Below are positions 9,794 to 16,979 of a stretch of 34,048 nt of DNA, piece by piece. Each line of letters opens with the position of its first letter. Positions within the stretch are counted from its first letter, which is position 1. The notes beneath the pieces were generated by a model. That model did no database searches. It was not told the origin of the DNA and saw nothing but the letters and a program-made list of their open reading frames with translations. The translations under genes and the position numbers were made by a program. The stretch is taken from the sequence record SRR20825006_1186; one strand, given 5' to 3'.

Positions 9794-10449
9794 GTGAAAC
9801 CGGATGGGTGCCCATCGCCCTGTCACGCTTTATTGCCCCCGGCACATCGGCCGGCACGGCGGTGCATGGCGCGGAAATCGTGGTCTGGCGCGACACCGGC
9901 GGCAAAGCCCACGCGTGGGAGGACCGCTGTCCGCATCGCGGCATGAAAATGAGCTTTGGCTTTGTGCGTGGCGATCACATCGCCTGTCTTTATCACGGCT
10001 GGGAATATGACGAGACCGGCACCTGTCGCTACATCCCGGCACACCCGGATTTGGAAGTGCCACCGTCAATCTGCGTCACGCGCTATGCGGTGACGGAGGC
10101 GGGTGGCATGATCTGGACCGCGCTGCCTTTGGGCGACATGCCAGAAGTGGAACCAAACGCGCCTGAGATGGACGGGCTGCGCAGCCTCTACATCGACGCG
10201 CCTCTGGATGCGGTCTTGGCCGGGGTGAAAACCGTGGCCTCGGAGGTCTCGCAGACCGGCGCGCTGATCACCGCCACGCTGGGAGAGACCCCGCTGACCC
10301 TCGGCTTACAAACCGTCGACGCCGACCATTCGGCGTTGCACATCACCCTGCCCTCGGACACACCGACCGCGACCCGCCTCAGCCTGCTCGACCAATTCGC
10401 CACCCTGCGCCGCAACGTCGAATCCCCCCTCAAAGAGGCCGCTCAATGA
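9790..10449 (+). CDS. Stand-alone Rieske [2Fe-2S] protein with a C-terminal degenerate domain (resembles the N-terminal half of NdmD)
   Basis: Rieske motifs DRCPHRG and CLYHGWEY. The ~110 aa C-terminal extension has no 2-His-1-carboxylate motif and no FNR/ferredoxin motifs. Start ATG 9790. Confidence 0.85.
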   Translation: MSETGWVPIALSRFIAPGTSAGTAVHGAEIVVWRDTGGKAHAWEDRCPHRGMKMSFGFVRGDHIACLYHGWEYDETGTCRYIPAHPDLEVPPSICVTRYAVTEAGGMIWTALPLGDMPEVEPNAPEMDGLRSLYIDAPLDAVLAGVKTVASEVSQTGALITATLGETPLTLGLQTVDADHSALHITLPSDTPTATRLSLLDQFATLRRNVESPLKEAAQ

Positions 10450-11075
10450 CCCAGCTTGTCTTGCACAATTATGATCTGGATGACGCCTGCTATCGCGTGC
10501 GGCTTGTGGCCTCCTGTTGCGACCTTCCGGTGGAATTGCGCAATGTCGACATGTTCCCCGGTATGGAACAGGTTTCCCCGCCCTATCTGAAGCTGAACCC
10601 TTTGGGGCGCTTGCCGATCTTGGAAACGGCGGATGTGACACTGCGCCATACCGGAGCGATTTTACTCTATCTGGCGAGGCTGGACCCGCAAAAGCGGCTT
10701 TTGCCGACAGAGGCCTCCGCACTGGCCCAGATGATGGATTGGCTGTTTTTCGCGGAACATGACCTATCGGTCTCCACCGAGGCCCGCGCCATTTCGATCA
10801 TGGATCTGCCCGGTGACGGGCCCCAAACCATCGCCCAAACCCGCGCTTTGCTGCGGATTATGGAGGATCACATGAGCGCGCAAGAGATCAAAGGTCTGAG
10901 TTTCTTCGCCGGAGAAGAGATTACGCTGGCCGATATTGCGCTGTTCCCCGCCTTTGCGCTGAGCCGCGATTGCAATATTGACCATGACGCCTTTCCCGCC
11001 CTGCGGCTTTGGGCGCGACGGGTGCGTGCCACGCCGGGCTTTGTTGTCATGCCCGGCATCCCGGATTACCACTGA
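10446..11075 (+). CDS. Glutathione S-transferase-like protein (NdmE-like)
   Basis: Motifs CYRVRL, LNPLGRLPIL, AILLYLA, ITLADIALFP and C-terminal PGFVVMPGI. Translationally coupled to the Rieske gene. Confidence 0.85.
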   Translation: MTQLVLHNYDLDDACYRVRLVASCCDLPVELRNVDMFPGMEQVSPPYLKLNPLGRLPILETADVTLRHTGAILLYLARLDPQKRLLPTEASALAQMMDWLFFAEHDLSVSTEARAISIMDLPGDGPQTIAQTRALLRIMEDHMSAQEIKGLSFFAGEEITLADIALFPAFALSRDCNIDHDAFPALRLWARRVRATPGFVVMPGIPDYH

Positions 11076-11998
11076 TGGACCTGCATCGGCTTGGTCTCGT
11101 GTCCTCGCGCGTCCACCACTTTATGTTGGTGGCGCGGCTGGGGTCGATCCGGCAGGCGGCGCTGTCGCTCAATGTCGCGCCCTCTTCGATCTCGCGCACC
11201 ATCAAACAACTCGAAGAAGACCTCGACACCCCCCTGTTTGAACGCACCAAACAACGGCTGAAACTGACCTCAGCGGGCGAACTTTTAGCCTATCACATCG
11301 GGCAATCCACCGGCGAAATGAACCGGGCGCTGACCGAGATCAACGACCTGCACGGGCTGCGCCGGGGCACCGTGACCCTGGCGGTGATCGAAAGTGCCGC
11401 ACGCGGGCTTTTGCCCGAAGTTCTGGCCGGGTTTTGGGTGCGCCATCCCGAAATCAGCGTCGATGTCCGCGTCACCGGCTCGCAAGAGGCCGTCGATTTG
11501 GTCAATCAGGGCGAGGCGGATTTGGCCTTGGCCTTTGACGTGCGGGTGCCGCGCAATGCACGGCGTTTGGCCTCCGTGGCTTTGCCTTTGGGCGTATTGG
11601 TGCCACCCGGCAGTGCCCTGACCAAAGAAAACCGCCCCGTAAAAGCCTATGAATTGGCCGGTGAGCGAGTGATCCTCTCGGACGCCTCTTTGACGCTCGG
11701 CAGTTCGGTCGAACAGATGTTTTCTGGCTCTTTCGTCGAGTTTTCCCGCCGCGCCCGGACGAATTCCATCGGCTTGATGATTGATCTGGCCATTCGCGGG
11801 CTGGGCACGATCCTTCAGACCCGGCTTGGTGTGCAAAATGAAATCAGTCGTGGCCATCTTGTCTTCATCCCGCTTGCGGATGCGGGTCTTGGTCTGCGCC
11901 GCCTGTCGCTGATTGCCCGCCCCAAAGGCGAAGCCTCTGAGGCCGCCTTGGCGCTCTCTGCCTCGCTCACTTCCACCATGGAGGGTCTCAAATCCTAA
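11075..11998 (+). CDS. LysR-family transcriptional regulator
   Basis: HTH GSIRQAALSLNVAPSSISRTIKQLEEDLDTPLFER and LTSAGE, followed by a LysR substrate-binding domain. ATG 11075 overlaps the GST stop (TGATG). Confidence 0.95.
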   Translation: MDLHRLGLVSSRVHHFMLVARLGSIRQAALSLNVAPSSISRTIKQLEEDLDTPLFERTKQRLKLTSAGELLAYHIGQSTGEMNRALTEINDLHGLRRGTVTLAVIESAARGLLPEVLAGFWVRHPEISVDVRVTGSQEAVDLVNQGEADLALAFDVRVPRNARRLASVALPLGVLVPPGSALTKENRPVKAYELAGERVILSDASLTLGSSVEQMFSGSFVEFSRRARTNSIGLMIDLAIRGLGTILQTRLGVQNEISRGHLVFIPLADAGLGLRRLSLIARPKGEASEAALALSASLTSTMEGLKS

Positions 11999-12068
11999 GT
12001 GTTGCGCCAAAGCGAACATCTCGTTGAGAAATCATCGTCTTTTCGGAACACAGTCACTCTGACAGGTT
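11997..12068 (+). promoter_or_regulatory. Putative LysR-activated promoter of the ThDP-GMC-XDH operon (TGTT-N11-AACA box at 12000-12018)
   Basis: Same box and downstream conserved blocks (AACATCT, CGnCTnTTC, CACTCTG) at the same spacing as 9355-9426. Confidence 0.7.
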
Positions 12069-12099
12069 GATTTTGTAGCGTGAGATTTGGAGGTTCGAT

Positions 12100-12600
12100 A
12101 TGCAGCAAAGCGCCGTAGATGCGGTGATCCGAGGGCTCAAACGGGCGGGTGTGAGTATCGTATGTTACCTGCCGGATTCGCTGTTCAAAGAACTCTATCC
12201 GGCGCTCGATGCCGACCCGGACATTCGCACCATCCAAGTCACCAACGAAGGCGAGGGGGCGGCCATTTGCGGCGGTGTGTTCCTATCGGGCAAACGCGCG
12301 GCTTTGGTGATGGAAAACTCCGGTCTGCGCGCCTCGGTCGAACCGCTTGCGCGGATGGGCTTGGGCGCGGGCATCCCGGTTGTGATGCTGATGAGCTATC
12401 GCGGCGATATGGGCGAAAACAATTGGTGGGCGGTGCCACATGGCGTGACCATGGAACCGGTGCTGCAAGCCCTGCGCATCCCCTATGTGGTCGAGCGCGA
12501 AGAGGAGCGGATCGAACAAGCGATTTTTGACGCATATGAGCTGGCCTATTCGTCTTATTACCACACCGCCGTGGCGCTTTCGGGGAGTATCGTGCGATGA
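12100..12600 (+). CDS. ThDP-dependent decarboxylase alpha (PYR) subunit, sulfopyruvate/phosphonopyruvate decarboxylase-like
   Basis: Motifs YLPDS, VTNEGEGAAICGG (catalytic Glu), LVMENSG, MLMSYRGDMGE; GGAGG RBS. Confidence 0.8.
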   Translation: MQQSAVDAVIRGLKRAGVSIVCYLPDSLFKELYPALDADPDIRTIQVTNEGEGAAICGGVFLSGKRAALVMENSGLRASVEPLARMGLGAGIPVVMLMSYRGDMGENNWWAVPHGVTMEPVLQALRIPYVVEREEERIEQAIFDAYELAYSSYYHTAVALSGSIVR

Positions 12601-13205
12601 AACGCTTTGAGTGTATGACAAAATTGGCCGCCCGCCTCTCCGACGAATTGGTGATCCTCTCATTGGGCGCCTCTGTTGACGAATGGTACAACGCCGCGCC
12701 GCACATGCGCGCCGCCTCGCTGTTTCAACAACAATTGGGCTGTGTCACGCCGCAGGCGTTTGGACTGGCGGCGGGCCTGCCGGAGCGCCAAATCATCTCG
12801 CTCGACACCGATGGCGGGCTGTTGTTCAACCTCGGCATACTGGCCACTTTGGGCAATGAAAGACCGAAAAACCTGTTTGTCGTGGTCTGGGACAATGAAA
12901 TGTACCAATCCATCGGCGGGCCCAAAACCCACACCGCCTCGGGCACCGTCGATCTGGCCGCCATTGCGCAGGGCGCCGGGGTGACACACGCCTACACCGC
13001 CCGCACTTTGGACGAGTTCGACGCCCATTGCGAAGCGGGTTTGGCCAGTGACGACCCCTATATTGTCGTCGCCAAGGTCGCGGGCACCGTTCAGCCCGAG
13101 ATCAAGCGCAAACACTCAGATGGGCGCGAGGACAAGTACATCTTTGTGCGCCATGTCGAAGCCACCGAAGGGATCACCATCATGGGCCCTTCTGAACATA
13201 ACTGA
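12597..13205 (+). CDS. ThDP-dependent decarboxylase beta (PP) subunit, ComE-like
   Basis: ThDP/Mg motif variant DTDGGLLFNLG...VVVWDNEMYQSIGG; ATGA overlap with the alpha subunit. Confidence 0.8.
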   Translation: MKRFECMTKLAARLSDELVILSLGASVDEWYNAAPHMRAASLFQQQLGCVTPQAFGLAAGLPERQIISLDTDGGLLFNLGILATLGNERPKNLFVVVWDNEMYQSIGGPKTHTASGTVDLAAIAQGAGVTHAYTARTLDEFDAHCEAGLASDDPYIVVAKVAGTVQPEIKRKHSDGREDKYIFVRHVEATEGITIMGPSEHN

Positions 13206-13219
13206 TCCACGGGACTGAC

Positions 13220-14758
13220 ATGAAAACCGCCTTTGATTACATCGTGATCGGCTCTGGATCGGGCGGCTCTGCCGTGGCGCGCCGACTGCATGATGCGGGG
13301 GCGGATGTGGCGGTGATCGAGGCGGGAAAATCGACCCTTGGCGTGGCTGAGATCGAAGACCCGAGTGCTTGGTTTGCTCTGCAATCCGGCGCATGGGATT
13401 GGGGGCATCATTACACCCCCACCGCGCATGTTTTGAATCGCACTATCCCGATCCCACGCGGCAAAGGCTTGGGTGGCTCGTCGGCCACCAATGCGATGAT
13501 GTGGTATCGCGGCGGACCCGCCGATTATGCCCGGTGGGACGCTGTGGCGCCGGGATGGTCGTGGGAGGACTGCCTGCCGAGCTTTCAAGCCTGCGAGACA
13601 TGGCAGAGCGGTGCGAGCGCCTTGCGCGGCAGCGATGGCCCGCTCAAGATCACCCGCCCGGACCCGGATCATCCCCTGACCCAAGCCATGCTCAAAGGTG
13701 GGGCCGATATGGGCTTGCCGATGGTGGATGACCCGAACGGGCCGGAGCCCTTCGGCGTCAGCCTTGCCAATTTCAACATCTCGCCCGAGGGTCTGCGTTG
13801 GACCTCGGCGATGGGGTATCTTGCTCCAATCATGGCGTCCGAACGTTTGACGATCCTCTGCGAGACCCGCGCTTTGGCATTGGCGTTTTCCGGTGATCGC
13901 GTCCGTGGTGTCCGTGTGTTCAAAGACGGCGCGGAGCATCTTTTGACCGCACGGTCGGGCGTGATCCTTGCCGCTGGCGCTTTGGAAACCCCGCGGTTGT
14001 TGATGCTCTCTGGCATTGGAGATGAGGCGGAGCTGGTCCGGCTTGGCCTCAAAACCCGCCTCCACGCCCCCGAAATCGGTCGTAATCTTCAGGATCATCC
14101 GCTGCTGCGCGCCCTCAATTTCCGCGCCTCATCGCCGCTTGGGCCGATGAAAGGCAACGGCGGCGGCACGCTGTCGATTTGGAAATCCGCGCCCGAGTTG
14201 GACCAAGCCGATCTCTTGGCTTTCCCCATTCAAACCCGCTCTGCCGTGCCGGCGCTTTGGGATCATTACGATTTCGACGGTGATGTTTTTGCCATCGGAC
14301 TGGGCGTCATGCGCTCCTATTCCAAAGGCTGGATCACGCTGACCGGGACCTCCCCGGATGACCCACTTGATATTCAGCCAAACCTCTTGTCGGACCCGCG
14401 CGATCTGAAGGCGCTCGTGTCCGGGGTGGAGTTCCTGTTGGACATGGTGCTCACCCCCGGCTTTTCACACCTCTTCGCGGATTTCGTCGCCCCGGATCGC
14501 AAGGTCTCGGGCGGTGATACCGTCACTTTCGTGCGCCGCGCCTGTTCGACCTTTTTCCACTGTTGTGGCACCGCCCAAATGGGCGCGCACACCGACGCCC
14601 CCGTGTCCCCTCGGTTGGGCGTCAAGGGCGTTCGCGGCCTCTGGGTCGCGGATGCCTCCGTCATTCCCGACATCCCCGCCTGTCACACCCACGCCCCTGT
14701 CACCATGATCGGAGAACGGGCGGCGCAGTTTATATTGGAGGACGCATGTCTGACCTGA
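13220..14758 (+). CDS. GMC-family FAD oxidoreductase (alcohol oxidase/dehydrogenase type)
   Basis: Motifs VIGSGSGG, RGKGLGGSSATNAM, GRNLQDHP, FHCCGTAQMG, VADASVIP..P..HTHAPVTMIGER. Confidence 0.9.
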   Translation: MKTAFDYIVIGSGSGGSAVARRLHDAGADVAVIEAGKSTLGVAEIEDPSAWFALQSGAWDWGHHYTPTAHVLNRTIPIPRGKGLGGSSATNAMMWYRGGPADYARWDAVAPGWSWEDCLPSFQACETWQSGASALRGSDGPLKITRPDPDHPLTQAMLKGGADMGLPMVDDPNGPEPFGVSLANFNISPEGLRWTSAMGYLAPIMASERLTILCETRALALAFSGDRVRGVRVFKDGAEHLLTARSGVILAAGALETPRLLMLSGIGDEAELVRLGLKTRLHAPEIGRNLQDHPLLRALNFRASSPLGPMKGNGGGTLSIWKSAPELDQADLLAFPIQTRSAVPALWDHYDFDGDVFAIGLGVMRSYSKGWITLTGTSPDDPLDIQPNLLSDPRDLKALVSGVEFLLDMVLTPGFSHLFADFVAPDRKVSGGDTVTFVRRACSTFFHCCGTAQMGAHTDAPVSPRLGVKGVRGLWVADASVIPDIPACHTHAPVTMIGERAAQFILEDACLT

Positions 14759-16116
14759 TCCTTAGTGCCGAAGCCCTTGTCACCATGGACAAAGACCTGA
14801 CCGTGATCCCCCATGGTGCGGTCTTGGTGCACGGTGATACGATCGTGGCCACAGGCCCCGCGCGCGACCTGATTGCGGCGTATCCGGAGGCCACGGTAAA
14901 GGACATGGGCCGGGCGGTATTGATGCCCGGTCTGATCAATGCCCATGCCCATTCCGGCTTTCTGCGTGGCACCGCCGAACACCTGCCGGTTTGGGATTGG
15001 CTGACCCAACATATCAACCCGATGCACCGCGTGCTTTTGCCCGAAGAGGCGGAGGCCGCCAGCTATCTGTGCTATGCCGAAAGCCTCTTGGCGGGCACCA
15101 CCACGGTGGTGGATATGTGGCGTTATATGGAGGGCTCGGCCCGTGCCGCCGAGATTCTTGGCAACCGGATTGTCGCCGTGCCTTACGTTGGCGAGCACCC
15201 CGATTACGACTATTTCGACACGCTCGATATGAATGAGGCGTTGATTGAGCGTTGGCATGGCAAGGCCGAGGGCCGGGTCACTGTCTGGGTCGGGTTGGAG
15301 CATCTGTTTTATGCCGATGAGGCCGGGCAACAGCGCGCCATCGACATGGCGAAAAGGCACAACACCGGCTTTCACACCCATTGTTCCGAAGCTGAGATTG
15401 AGTTGGCCGAGTTTCACACCCGCTACGGCAAAAAGCCGATGGAGGTCTTTCACGATCTCGGGTTCTTTGAGACGCCGAGGGCGATGTTTGCCCATGCGGT
15501 GTGGTTTTCCCCCGAAGAGATCGACCTGATCTCAAATTACAACGTCTCGGTCGCCCATAACCCGGTGTCGAACATGAAACTGGCCTCTGGCATCGCGCCC
15601 ATTTCCGACATGTTGGCGGCGGGCATACCCGTGGGCATCGGCACGGATGGTGAGAAAGAGAACAACAATTTTGACATGTTCGAAGAGATGAAACTCACCT
15701 CCCTCAAGGGCAAATTGCGCCACCGCGACGCCGCCGCAATGGACAGTTGGGAGGTGTTGCGCATGGCGACCTCTTTGGGGGCCGAGGCCCTGGGGCTGGG
15801 CAATGTCACGGGGTCATTGGAACCGGGCAAAAAAGCCGACATCATCGCCCTGCGCGGCGACACGCCGCGGATGACGCCATTTCACGCCGATGGGCGCTGG
15901 TTCAACATTCACCACAACCTGGTCCATGCCGTACGCGGCTCTGACGTCAAAATGACCATGGTCAATGGCCAGATATGCGTCGAGGACGGCAAGCTGGTGA
16001 GCGGGGATGTGACCGAGATCATCGACCGGCTGAACCGCCTCACACCGGGGCATTTCACCCGCCGCCAGCTCTGGCTTGACGCCAATGGCGGCGGCACGAC
16101 GCAATGGACCGATTGA
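14746..16116 (+). CDS. Amidohydrolase, MTA/SAH-deaminase-like (TrzA/AtzA/MtaD subgroup)
   Basis: Motifs PGLINAHAHS, GTTTVVDM, HTHCSE, AHAVW, HNPVSNMKLASG, GTDGEKENNNFDMFEEMK. GGAGG RBS before ATG 14746. Confidence 0.85.
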   Translation: MSDLILSAEALVTMDKDLTVIPHGAVLVHGDTIVATGPARDLIAAYPEATVKDMGRAVLMPGLINAHAHSGFLRGTAEHLPVWDWLTQHINPMHRVLLPEEAEAASYLCYAESLLAGTTTVVDMWRYMEGSARAAEILGNRIVAVPYVGEHPDYDYFDTLDMNEALIERWHGKAEGRVTVWVGLEHLFYADEAGQQRAIDMAKRHNTGFHTHCSEAEIELAEFHTRYGKKPMEVFHDLGFFETPRAMFAHAVWFSPEEIDLISNYNVSVAHNPVSNMKLASGIAPISDMLAAGIPVGIGTDGEKENNNFDMFEEMKLTSLKGKLRHRDAAAMDSWEVLRMATSLGAEALGLGNVTGSLEPGKKADIIALRGDTPRMTPFHADGRWFNIHHNLVHAVRGSDVKMTMVNGQICVEDGKLVSGDVTEIIDRLNRLTPGHFTRRQLWLDANGGGTTQWTD

Positions 16117-16127
16117 GGAGCATCCAG

Positions 16128-16979
16128 ATGTCACAGACCTCACAAGGCACCAAAGATTCCGTCGCCCTCAACCAATGGTATGCGGTCGCCACGCTCACCG
16201 ATTTGGACCGGATGGAGGAGACAAAGCTCTTGGGTCATCCGATCACTATCGGTCCGGGGAAATCCGTGATGCATAATGGTAAACCCCTGCCCATTCGGGA
16301 GAAATTCGAGTGTCTTTGGACCACGCTCGGCGCACCAAATACTGAGATTTTCGAAATCGAAGAGCGGTTTGAGCCCGAGCGGCGGGTTGTCACCTGTGGC
16401 TGGGTGACCATGCGGGCCTCTGGCCTGCGTGTGGTCGAAAATTTCCTCGACATGGCGCATTTTCCCTTTGTCCACACCGACATTTTGGGCTCTGAACCGC
16501 ACGCCGAGGTGCCCGTTTACAAATCCGAAATCCGCCGCAATGTGGACGAGGTCTGGGCCACCAATTGCACCTTTTTTCAACCGCAAATGACCACAGCCCG
16601 CCCGGAGGGCGAATTCGCCCAACTGACCTACCGGGTGCCCAGTCCCTTTGTCGTCATGCTCTACCGCGAAGCACCAGATCAACCCGCCCACCGCGATGCC
16701 ATTGCCCTGTTCATCCATCCAATCGAAGAGGGGCTATGTCGGGCGCAACCGGTGATGTATCTGCTCGACCAGACCTCCAGCCATACCCAGCTTTTGCGCT
16801 TTGAACAGGTGATTTTCCTGCAAGACCGGATCATCGTCGAAAACCAACGCCCGCTGTTGTTGCCACTTGAGGCGCGCAGCGAAATCCCGACCCGCGCCGA
16901 CAGTTCCTCGGTCGCCTATCGCCGCTGGTTGAAGGAAAAGGGGATTACCTTTGGCACGACCACGCCGGAGGCCGCATGA
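16128..16979 (+). CDS. Rieske-oxygenase catalytic subunit lacking the Rieske motif (NdmC-like), copy 2
   Basis: ENFLDMAHFPFVHTDILGSE is identical to copy 1; also IFLQDRIIVENQ and AYRRWLKEKG. No CxH...CxxH. GAGGAG RBS before ATG 16128. Confidence 0.85.
   Translation: MSQTSQGTKDSVALNQWYAVATLTDLDRMEETKLLGHPITIGPGKSVMHNGKPLPIREKFECLWTTLGAPNTEIFEIEERFEPERRVVTCGWVTMRASGLRVVENFLDMAHFPFVHTDILGSEPHAEVPVYKSEIRRNVDEVWATNCTFFQPQMTTARPEGEFAQLTYRVPSPFVVMLYREAPDQPAHRDAIALFIHPIEEGLCRAQPVMYLLDQTSSHTQLLRFEQVIFLQDRIIVENQRPLLLPLEARSEIPTRADSSSVAYRRWLKEKGITFGTTTPEAA

Noticed and set aside
12100-13205. comD/comE (sulfopyruvate decarboxylase) assignment
   Set aside because: Active-site loops diverge and there is no sulfonate or coenzyme M context; only the family-level call is supported.
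13220-14758. betA/betB (choline to glycine betaine) assignment for the GMC and ALDH genes
   Set aside because: The GMC has a His/His catalytic pair, and there is no betI or choline transporter context.
2150-16979. Calling the cluster a caffeine degradation (ndmABCDE) locus
   Set aside because: There are no full-length Rieske+catalytic NdmA/NdmB genes, no reductase domain and no formaldehyde dehydrogenase genes. Only NdmC/D/E-like parts are present, so ndm gene symbols were withheld.
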